Below, piece by piece: positions 1 to 10,452 of a stretch of 64,000 bases of DNA. This DNA comes from Auanema rhodensis (lineage: Eukaryota > Animalia > Nematoda): contig OZ059894.1 in assembly GCA_964057225.1 (NCBI GenBank), positions 18,786,001 to 18,850,000 on the forward strand, given 5' to 3'. The notes beneath the pieces are model-generated. The model was not told where the DNA came from, did no database searches, and was given only the letters and a program-made list of their open reading frames with translations. Each line of letters starts with the position of its first letter. The first letter of the stretch is position 1. The translations under genes and the position numbers were made by a program.

Positions 1-953
1 CAAAGACGATGGACAATGTTATTCAACGAAAAAAATAATTCTTCAGGGTGAAAATCGAGGATATAAGTGTGAACTTATATCAGTTGATATCTCGGTGCAT
101 TTTTAAGCTAGCGCAAATCTGATAACACAGATCGACGCAGCTTAAAAATCCGCATCGAATGCACTATACTACATTGAGAAACGCTTAATACAAAAATTAG
201 TTATGATCGTTTGAAAAATGATGCATTAGTGTATGTTGAGTTTCCATGTACACTCAACATTGCTTCCAAAAACATTTTGACAAAAATTTTTTCGAAAAAT
301 TTCAAAATAATTTAGCAAAAAGTAGATGTTTTTAGATTCCTTTTTTTCAAGGCAAAGACGATGGACAATGTTATTCAACGAAAAAAATAATTCTTCAGGG
401 TGAAAATCGAGGATATAAGTGTGAACTTATATCAGTTGATATCTCGGTGCATTTTTAAGCTAGCGCAAATCTGATAACACAGATCGACGCAGCTTAAAAA
501 TCCGCATCGAATGCACTATACTACATTGAGAAACGCTTAATACAAAAATTAGTTATGATCGTTTGAAAAATGATGCATTAGTGTATGTTGAGTTTCCATG
601 TACACTCAACATTGCTTCCAAAAACATTTTGACAAAAATGTTTTCGAAAAATTTCAAAATAATTTAGCAAAAAGTAGATGTTTTTAGATTCCTTTTTTCA
701 AGGCAAAGACGATGGACAATGTTATTCAACGAAAAAATTAATTCTTCAGGGTGAAAATCGAGGATATAAGTGTGAACTTATATCAGTTGATATCTCGGTG
801 CATTTTTAAGCTAGCGCAAATCTGATAACACAGATCGACGCAGCTTAAAAATCCGCATCGAATGCACTATACTACATTGAGAAACGCTTAATACAAAAAT
901 TAGTTATGATCGTTTGAAAAATGATGCATTAGTGTATGTTGAGTTTCCATGTA
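1..953. repeat. 351-bp tandem satellite array (segment 1)
   Basis: Monomer start CAAAGACGATGGACAATG recurs at 1, 353 and 704 (period 351-352); monomers are almost identical. Confidence 0.98.
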
Positions 954-2218
954 GGCTCTAGTGCAGTTTTTCCCCCCCCCCCCGCCTAAGCCCCGCCCCT
1001 TTTGCCAAACGGTGCATACTTTTTGTCAACCTGTATAATTTTAAACCGGCGGGAGACATACCTTTCAGAACGGGGGGTTTGGGGGGTTTACCCCCCATTC
1101 TCGGTGTTTAGTTTTGATTTACTTTTGATTAAATTTAATTATAATATTTTTATTATTCACGGTTATTAATATCATTCATAAAATCATTAATATCACATAA
1201 CATATTTTCAAAAAGGTCTGAATTTATGTGTCTACGGCGCCACATAAATTCACACAAATAACCATCTAACATGTGAGTCTGTACCCCCCATAAACGCTTA
1301 AATTTGGCTTTCGCAATGTTCCAAACTCCCTCTATAGTATTAGTATGAGCTGCGGTTTCGGGGTCAACAAAATTATATGTATGGTTAACCGTCAGATGGG
1401 TGTATTGCTTGTTTAAAGATTCTAACCCCCCATAAGCGCGCCAGCAGTCTGATATTATAGTACTTCCAGGATTTATTGAGAACTCAATACATTCCTGGAG
1501 AGTAGCTCTACTTCTATCAGGCACTGCATACAAAAAACATTCCTTTGTCTCACGACATATCCCCCCAAACACCCATTGCTCTGGCTTAACCCTACCAACA
1601 TTATATTTACGCTTAGATACAAGGGTCTCATCTATCTCTACAGTCATATTAGGGCCCCCTATTTTAACTGGATTTTTTAAAAGGGAGTGGGCACAGACCT
1701 CACGTAAAAAATTATTATAGTCTACTACAGTATGATTGGATCCTATTCCCAGCTCATCTTTGCAAAATTGAACTGTAGTATACTCCTTTGTCCAACAGTA
1801 GATGAAGAGTATGAAGTTAGCATACGATAAGTGAGAACCTATTTAATTTTAATTATTTACATCTTAAATGTGAAGCTATACCTTCTAAAAATGTTCTTTT
1901 TTTTAATTGCTGTTCTTTCCTACAGCTTTTTTTGGGGCATCTCCACCGTTCACGCTCTATTGAGAGCTTCATTTCAGATTGGCAGAGGCTACAGATCATA
2001 GCATCTGGTAACAACCCCTTTTCTTGCAAAAATCGAATTGCATTTTCTTTAGTTGCAACTTTATCTCTTAGAGCGAACATGCTGTCAGATTGACTTCGAG
2101 ATATCGATTGTTTTTTATTTGATATTTATTATAATTTTTTTAATTTTTAAGCAACTGTGTGCTTTTCGGCAAAAGGGGCGGGGCTTAGGGCCGGGGGGGG
2201 AAAAACTGCACTTGAACC
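954..2218 (-). mobile_element. Merlin (IS1016/IS1595-like) DNA transposon, copy 1, 1265 bp
   Basis: 5'-GG...CC-3' ends; ~50-bp imperfect TIRs (GGCTCTAGTGCAGTTTTTCCCC...CCTAAGCCCCGCCCCTTTTGCC vs reverse complement of the right end GGTTCAAGTGCAGTTTTTCCCC...CCTAAGCCCCGCCCCTTTTGCC); 8-bp TSD TCCATGTA at 946-953 and 2219-2226; DDE transposase inside. Confidence 0.95.
1153..2080 (-). CDS. Merlin DDE transposase, 2 exons (2080-1882, 1838-1153), 294 aa
   Basis: A 43-nt GT..AG intron (1881-1839) joins the N-terminal Zn-ribbon ORF (CSLC...WRCPKKSC) in frame to ...TFLEG/SHLSYANF...KIGGPNMTVEIDET...IISDCWRAY...VNH...HTNTIEGVW. VEIDE, SD and NTIE are the IS1595/Merlin D-D-E motifs; 885 nt with no internal stop. 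Confidence 0.92.
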
Positions 2219-3631
2219 TCCATGTACACTCAACATTGCTTCCAAAAACATTTTGACAAAAATTTTTTCGAAAAATTTCAAAATAATTTAGCAAAAAGTA
2301 GATGTTTTTAGATTCCTTTTTTCAAGGCAAAGACGATGGACAATGTTATTCAACGAAAAAAATAATTCTTCAGGGTGAAAATCGAGGATATAAGTGTGAA
2401 CTTATATCAGTTGATATCTCGGTGCATTTTTAAGCTAGCGCAAATCTGATAACACAGATCGACGCAGCTTAAAAATCCGCATCGAATGCACTATACTACA
2501 TTGAGAAACGCTTAATACAAAAATTAGTTATGATCGTTTGAAAAATGATGCATTAGTGTATGTTGAGTTTCCATGTACACTCAACATTGCTTCCAAAAAC
2601 ATTTTGACAAAAATTTTTTCGAAAAATTTCAAAATAATTTAGCAAAAAGTAGATGTTTTTAGATTCCTTTTTTTCAAGGCAAAGACGATGGACAATGTTA
2701 TTCAACGAAAAAAATAATTCTTCAGGGTGAAAATCGAGGATATAAGTGTGAACTTATATCAGTTGATATCTCGGTGCATTTTTAAGCTAGCGCAAATCTG
2801 ATAACACAGATCGACGCAGCTTAAAAATCCGCATCGAATGCACTATACTACATTGAGAAACGCTTAATACAAAAATTAGTTATGATCGTTTGAAAAATGA
2901 TGCATTAGTGTATGTTGAGTTTCCATGTACACTCAACATTGCTTCCAAAAACATTTTGACAAAAATGTTTTCGAAAAATTTCAAAATAATTTAGCAAAAA
3001 GTAGATGTTTTTAGATTCCTTTTTTCAAGGCAAAGACGATGGACAATGTTATTCAACGAAAAAATTAATTCTTCAGGGTGAAAATCGAGGATATAAGTGT
3101 GAACTTATATCAGTTGATATCTCGGTGCATTTTTAAGCTAGCGCAAATCTGATAACACAGATCGACGCAGCTTAAAAATCCGCATCGAATGCACTATACT
3201 ACATTGAGAAACGCTTAATACAAAAATTAGTTATGATCGTTTGAAAAATGATGCATTAGTGTATGTTGAGTTTCCATGTACACTCAACATTGCTTCCAAA
3301 AACATTTTGACAAAAATTTTTTCGAAAAATTTCAAAATAATTTAGCAAAAAGTAGATGTTTTTAGATTCCTTTTTTCAAGGCAAAGACGATGGACAATGT
3401 TATTCAACGAAAAAATTAATTCTTCAGGGTGAAAATCGAGGATATAAGTGTGAACTTATATCAGTTGATATCTCGGTGCATTTTTAAGCTAGCGCAAATC
3501 TGATAACACAGATCGACGCAGCTTAAAAATCCGCATCGAATGCACTATACTACATTGAGAAACGCTTAATACAAAAATTAGTTATGATCGTTTGAAAAAT
3601 GATGCATTAGTGTATGTTGAGTTTCCATGTA
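2219..3631. repeat. 351-bp satellite, four monomers between the Merlin copies
   Basis: 1413 bp = 8-bp TSD + 4 monomers (one with an extra T). Confidence 0.97.
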
Positions 3632-4895
3632 GGCTCTAGTGCAGTTTTTCCCCCCCCCCCGCCTAAGCCCCGCCCCTTTTGCCAAACGGTGCATACTTTT
3701 TGTCAACCTGTATAATTTTAAACCGGCGGGAGACATACCTTTCAGAACGGGGGGTTTGGGGGGTTTACCCCCCATTCTCGGTGTTTAGTTTTGATTTACT
3801 TTTGATTAAATTTAATTATAATATTTTTATTATTCACGGTTATTAATATCATTCATAAAATCATTAATATCACATAACATATTTTCAAAAAGGTCTGAAT
3901 TTATGTGTCTACGGCGCCACATAAATTCACACAAATAACCATCTAACATGTGAGTCTGTACCCCCCATAAACGCTTAAATTTGGCTTTCGCAATGTTCCA
4001 AACTCCCTCTATAGTATTAGTATGAGCTGCGGTTTCGGGGTCAACAAAATTATATGTATGGTTAACCGTCAGATGGGTGTATTGCTTGTTTAAAGATTCT
4101 AACCCCCCATAAGCGCGCCAGCAGTCTGATATTATAGTACTTCCAGGATTTATTGAGAACTCAATACATTCCTGGAGAGTAGCTCTACTTCTATCAGGCA
4201 CTGCATACAAAAAACATTCCTTTGTCTCACGACATATCCCCCCAAACACCCATTGCTCTGGCTTAACCCTACCAACATTATATTTACGCTTAGATACAAG
4301 GGTCTCATCTATCTCTACAGTCATATTAGGGCCCCCTATTTTAACTGGATTTTTTAAAAGGGAGTGGGCACAGACCTCACGTAAAAAATTATTATAGTCT
4401 ACTACAGTATGATTGGATCCTATTCCCAGCTCATCTTTGCAAAATTGAACTGTAGTATACTCCTTTGTCCAACAGTAGATGAAGAGTATGAAGTTAGCAT
4501 ACGATAAGTGAGAACCTATTTAATTTTAATTATTTACATCTTAAATGTGAAGCTATACCTTCTAAAAATGTTCTTTTTTTTAATTGCTGTTCTTTCCTAC
4601 AGCTTTTTTTGGGGCATCTCCACCGTTCACGCTCTATTGAGAGCTTCATTTCAGATTGGCAGAGGCTACAGATCATAGCATCTGGTAACAACCCCTTTTC
4701 TTGCAAAAATCGAATTGCATTTTCTTTAGTTGCAACTTTATCTCTTAGAGCGAACATGCTGTCAGATTGACTTCGAGATATCGATTGTTTTTTATTTGAT
4801 ATTTATTATAATTTTTTTAATTTTTAAGCAACTGTGTGCTTTTCGGCAAAAGGGGCGGGGCTTAGGGCCGGGGGGGGAAAAACTGCACTTGAACC
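3632..4895 (-). mobile_element. Merlin DNA transposon, copy 2, 1264 bp
   Basis: Matches copy 1 apart from one C in the left-TIR C-run; same TSD TCCATGTA at 3624-3631 and 4896-4903. Confidence 0.95.
3830..4757 (-). CDS. Merlin DDE transposase, 2 exons (4757-4559, 4515-3830), 294 aa
   Basis: Same translation and same 43-nt intron as copy 1 (offset 2677). Confidence 0.92.
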
Positions 4896-7800
4896 TCCAT
4901 GTACACTCAACATTGCTTCCAAAAACATTTTGACAAAAATTTTTTCGAAAAATTTCAAAATAATTTAGCAAAAAGTAGATGTTTTTAGATTCCTTTTTTC
5001 AAGGCAAAGACGATGGACAATGTTATTCAACGAAAAAAATAATTCTTCAGGGTGAAAATCGAGGATATAAGTGTGAACTTATATCAGTTGATATCTCGGT
5101 GCATTTTTAAGCTAGCGCAAATCTGATAACACAGATCGACGCAGCTTAAAAATCCGCATCGAATGCACTATACTACATTGAGAAACGCTTAATACAAAAA
5201 TTAGTTATGATCGTTTGAAAAATGATGCATTAGTGTATGTTGAGTTTCCATGTACACTCAACATTGCTTCCAAAAACATTTTGACAAAAATTTTTTCGAA
5301 AAATTTCAAAATAATTTAGCAAAAAGTAGATGTTTTTAGATTCCTTTTTTTCAAGGCAAAGACGATGGACAATGTTATTCAACGAAAAAAATAATTCTTC
5401 AGGGTGAAAATCGAGGATATAAGTGTGAACTTATATCAGTTGATATCTCGGTGCATTTTTAAGCTAGCGCAAATCTGATAACACAGATCGACGCAGCTTA
5501 AAAATCCGCATCGAATGCACTATACTACATTGAGAAACGCTTAATACAAAAATTAGTTATGATCGTTTGAAAAATGATGCATTAGTGTATGTTGAGTTTC
5601 CATGTACACTCAACATTGCTTCCAAAAACATTTTGACAAAAATGTTTTCGAAAAATTTCAAAATAATTTAGCAAAAAGTAGATGTTTTTAGATTCCTTTT
5701 TTCAAGGCAAAGACGATGGACAATGTTATTCAACGAAAAAATTAATTCTTCAGGGTGAAAATCGAGGATATAAGTGTGAACTTATATCAGTTGATATCTC
5801 GGTGCATTTTTAAGCTAGCGCAAATCTGATAACACAGATCGACGCAGCTTAAAAATCCGCATCGAATGCACTATACTACATTGAGAAACGCTTAATACAA
5901 AAATTAGTTATGATCGTTTGAAAAATGATGCATTAGTGTATGTTGAGTTTCCATGTACACTCAACATTGCTTCCAAAAACATTTTGACAAAAATTTTTTC
6001 GAAAAATTTCAAAATAATTTAGCAAAAAGTAGATGTTTTTAGATTCCTTTTTTCAAGGCAAAGACGATGGACAATGTTATTCAACGAAAAAATTAATTCT
6101 TCAGGGTGAAAATCGAGGATATAAGTGTGAACTTATATCAGTTGATATCTCGGTGCATTTTTAAGCTAGCGCAAATCTGATAACACAGATCGACGCAGCT
6201 TAAAAATCCGCATCGAATGCACTATACTACATTGAGAAACGCTTAATACAAAAATTAGTTATGATCGTTTGAAAAATGATGCATTAGTGTATGTTGAGTT
6301 TCCATGTACACTCAACATTGCTTCCAAAAACATTTTGACAAAAATTTTTTCGAAAAATTTCAAAATAATTTAGCAAAAAGTAGATGTTTTTAGATTCCTT
6401 TTTTTCAAGGCAATGACGATGGACAATGTTATTCAACGAAAAAAATAATTCTTCAGGGTGAAAATCGAGGATATAAGTGTGAACTTATATCAGTTGATAT
6501 CTCGGTGCATTTTTAAGCTAGCGCAAATCTGATAACACAGATCGACGCAGCTTAAAAATCCGCATCGAATGCACTATACTACATTGAGAAACGCTTAATA
6601 CAAAAATTAGTTATGATCGTTTGAAAAATGATGCATTAGTGTATGTTGAGTTTCCATGTACACTCAACATTGCTTCCAAAAACATTTTGACAAAAATTTT
6701 TTCGAAAAATTTCAAAATAATTTAGCAAAAAGTAGATGTTTTTAGATTCCTTTTTTCAAGGCAAAGACGATGGACAATGTTATTCAACGAAAAAATTAAT
6801 TCTTCAGGGTGAAAATCGAGGATATAAGTGTGAACTTATATCAGTTGATATCTCGGTGCATTTTTAAGCTAGCGCAAATCTGATAACACAGATCGACGCA
6901 GCTTAAAAATCCGCATCGAATGCACTATACTACATTGAGAAACGCTTAATACAAAAATTAGTTATGATCGTTTGAAAAATGATGCATTAGTGTATGTTGA
7001 GTTTCCATGTACACTCAACATTGCTTCCAAAAACATTTTGACAAAAATTTTTTCGAAAAATTTCAAAATAATTTAGCAAAAAGTAGATGTTTTTAGATTC
7101 CTTTTTTCAAGGCAAAGACGATGGACAATGTTATTCAACGAAAAAAATAATTCTTCAGGGTGAAAATCGAGGATATAAGTGTGAACTTATATCAGTTGAT
7201 ATCTCGGTGCATTTTTAAGCTAGCGCAAATCTGATAACACAGATCGACGCAGCTTAAAAATCCGCATCGAGTGCACTATACTACATTGAGAAACGCTTAA
7301 TACAAAAATTAGTTATGATCGTTTGAAAAATGATGCATTAGTGTATGTTGAGTTTCCATGTACACTCAACATTGCTTCCAAAAACATTTTGACAAAAATT
7401 TTTTCGAAAAATTTCAAAATAATTTAGCAAAAAGTAGATGTTTTTAGATTCCTTTTTTCAAGGCAAAGACGATGGACAATGTTATTCAACGAAAAAATTA
7501 ATTCTTCAGGGTGAACATCGAGGATATAAGTGTGAACTTATATCAGTTGATATCTCGGTGCATTTTTAAGCTAGCGCAAATCTGATAACACAGATCGACG
7601 CAGCTTAAAAATCCGTATCGAATGCACTATACTACATTGAGAAACGCTTAATACAAAAATTAGTTATGATCGTTTGAAAAATGATGCATTAGTGTATGTT
7701 GAGTTTCCATGTACACTCAACATTGCTTCCAAAAACATTTTGACAAAAATTTTTTCGAAAAATTTCAAAATAATTTAGCAAAAAGTAGATGTTTTTAGAT

Positions 7801-8238
7801 TCCTTTTTTCAAGGCAAAGACGATGGACAATGTTATTCAACGAAAAAAATAATTCTTCAGGGTGAAAATCGAGGATATAAGTGTGAACTTATATCAGTTG
7901 ATATCTCGGTGCATTTTTAAGCTAGCGCAAATCTGATAACACAGATCGACGCAGCTTAAAAATCCGCATCGAATGCACTATACTACATTGAGAAACGCTT
8001 AATGCAAAAATTAGTTATGATCGTTTGAAAAATGATGCATTAGTGTATGTTGAGTTTCCATGTACACTCAACATTGCTTCCAAAAACATTTTGACAAAAA
8101 TTTTTTCGAAAAATTTCAAAATAATTTAGCAAAAAGTAGATGTTTTTAGATTCCTTTTTTCAAGGCAAAGACGATGGACAATGTTATTCAACGAAAAAAA
8201 TAATTCTTCAGGGTGAAAATCAAGGATATAAGTGTGAA
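4896..8238. repeat. 351-bp satellite, ~9.5 monomers
   Basis: Continuous monomers from the Merlin TSD to the Maverick TSD. Confidence 0.97.
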
Positions 8239-8278
8239 AGTAGAGAGCCGTGCAAAATTTACTAACCACGCCCCCAAA

Positions 8279-8390
8279 CAGCTGTCAAAAACATACTTTT
8301 GGGGGCGTCAGCTGCTAAAAACATACTTTTGGGGCGCGTCAGCTGTCAAAAACATATTTTTGAGCGTCAGCTGTTAAAATCATATTTTAG
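8279..8390. repeat. Subterminal ~30-bp tandem repeat x4, each with CAGCTG
   Basis: CAGCTG(T/C)..AAAA(A/T)CATA(C/T)TTTT...GCGT units; mirrored at ~23675-23786. Confidence 0.9.
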
Positions 8391-8894
8391 GATCATGGTT
8401 CATGGATTTTCCTTTTTTAAATATAAAAGTCATGATTTAAAGCATGATTTTTTTTTTTTTTGATTTTTTTTTTAAATTTTTTTTTTTTTTAAAATCAAAT
8501 TTAAATATGCTTTTTCAAATGTATGTATATATTTTCAATTATTTTTAAATATATTAAGTAAAAATAAAAATCTTAATTTTAAATATTTAAATTATATTTA
8601 AATTTTATATATATATAAATTTTATTTAAACTTTAATTATTTAAATTATATTTAAATTTTATATATATAAATTATATTTAAACTTTAAATTTTATATATA
8701 AATTATATTTAAATTTTAAATATATAAATTTGTTTTTAAATTTTATTTATTTCTTTATTATATTTATTAATAATGTTTGTTTACTTATTTTGTTTATTTT
8801 TTATTGTATTGTGTTTGTATTGTTTTTATTTTAAAGATCAATAAAATTTTTGCATGTAGATAATTTTGTTCACCGTACTTGTTATGGGTAATTC

Positions 8895-9045
8895 AATGGA
8901 ACACATATCGAAAGTTAATTCGATACGAACGATATGAAATACCAAAATTTAATGGAACACATATCGAAGGTTAATTCGATAAGAACGATATGAAATACCA
9001 AAATTTAATGGAACACATATCGAAGGTTAATTCGATAAGAACGAC
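8895..9045. repeat. 56-bp tandem repeat x~2.7 inside the TIR, each unit with TATCGAA-N6-TTCGATA dyad
   Basis: AATGGAACACATATCGAA starts at 8895, 8951 and 9007; mirrored at ~23170-23315. Confidence 0.9.
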
Positions 9046-9708
9046 ATTAAATTATTAATTTTTGAAATTGCGAATTGTTATTAATTATATTTATTCTAAC
9101 AAGTAAAGGTTTCAAATTATAATAAAAGATTAGTTTTAAACTTTATTTTACTAATATAACAATACAATAACTCTATAGAGCACACATTGAAGGTAAATAC
9201 AATAAGATTAACAAACAGTTGCGCTGACCTCAACGCCACGCATATCGATGGTTAATAAACAGTAATAACTGCACTGTGGGGGTTTAAATATAGTATAATC
9301 ATTTTAACATTTCAAAAGTTTTAGTTTCGTAATATAATCATTGGTAAATATTAAAGAATGAAATATTTTTCACATATAAAACGTTGGCAGTCATATGTTT
9401 TGTGGTACAATATGGGTGTAAAAGTATACTATGAATAATATATGAGCTATTAAGCAAAGTTTAAAAAGCCTAAATGTTTTACAGAGATGGCTGTTGTTTA
9501 TGGCACAAACGGTAAACAATAATGTTTAAAGAGATGTAAAAACTAATTAATATGCAGATTGTTTACAGGTTCAGAGTGCGCCAACTGCTGGCAACTGTCG
9601 ATAAGATGAGTATATCTGCATAAATATGCTGTAAAATCTAATTAATAAGAGAATTTCATCAGCAAACTTGATTGTAACACAATGGGTTGTACTTTACAAA
9701 AATCTTTG

Positions 9709-9746
9709 TATAAAAGGTTGGCAATTTTGCTACATTTACATTTCAG
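9709..9746 (+). promoter_or_regulatory. Candidate TATA box (TATAAAA) and downstream TTTCAG (initiator or splice acceptor) for the left-end gene
   Basis: TATAAAA at 9709-9715, TTTCAG at 9741-9746, ATG at 9868. Confidence 0.4.
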
Positions 9747-9867
9747 CTCTGCCAACTATCCGAGGATCCGACGTTTCACCATCTCCTGCCACTCTTTGCC
9801 AATCGCCATAGACTGCTCCTCTCTGCAAGTTTGCCTTATATTTTAGAAAGTTGGATCTTTAGCGGAA

Positions 9868-10452
9868 ATGAAGCGTGCTGTACTTGCTGATGTGACAAAT
9901 GTGGTGCGCAAATCGCCTGAACCTGAAGTACCACGACCACCCACACCAGCACCAAATTTTACAAGTTTTGGTATGAACCTTAACTTGTATTTTTTAAATC
10001 TTTAATTTAGATTCACCAATAAAGCAGATGGAGATTCTGAGAGAGAGCACTCCACCAAGGAGTGTATTAATGAGACCAATTTGTCTCTGCAAAACTTGTA
10101 GGGAATCATTGCAGGTTATAGACGAGTATCACTGTTTCAGCCTCTGTATAAAGTGTAGAGGAAGGAATGATGCGTTGGGTCTTTTGAAGGAATTTCGTCA
10201 CTATAAGCCCGAAAAGTTCTCTATTAATGTAAGCTTGCATATTTATTTATTTTCAATTTTATCATTTTTTAGATGCGCTCTTATAACACCATGACGTGCA
10301 AGCAATTGTTGAACAATATGGGCTATATTGTTATATATGCAGATGAGGCTACTATAAAGACTTTTGGTTATAAGCAGAATGTATTCTACTTTAAACTAAG
10401 TCCAGAAGCACTCAACCTGAACATGTTTATCCGCTTTGATCCTTCATTTTGA
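9868..10452 (+). CDS. Spliced Maverick left-end protein, 3 exons (9868-9970, 10011-10228, 10273-10452), 166 aa; D-box, CDK sites, Cys cluster
   Basis: 40-nt (GTATGA..TTTAG) and 44-nt (GTAAGC..TTTTAG) introns join in frame: MKRAVLADVTNVVRKSPEPEVPRPPTPAPNFTSF/DSPIKQMEILRESTPPRSVLMRPICLCKTCRE...HCFSLCIKC...KFSIN/MRSYNTMTCKQLL...FDPSF*. AATAAA at 10710. Confidence 0.7.

Larger units (their letters stand above)
8239..9233 (+). repeat. Left terminal inverted repeat of Maverick copy 1 (~995 bp)
   Basis: Reverse complement of 22979-23826. The first ~150 bp are identical; homology ends at ...GCGCTGACCTCAA. Confidence 0.9.

Noticed and set aside
1153-2080. Split Merlin ORFs as a broken transposase or a bacterial IS1595
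   Set aside because: A single 43-nt spliceosomal intron joins them into an intact 294-aa protein, and the context is eukaryotic.
2053-4933. ORFs 2053-2256, 3578-3775 and 4730-4933
   Set aside because: They cross TIR/satellite junctions. The 3578 ORF exists only because of a one-base C-run difference in copy 2.
9380-9810. Several TTGGC/GCCAA (NFI half-site) motifs
   Set aside because: Short half-sites without the TTGGC-N5-GCCAA arrangement; not distinguishable from chance.
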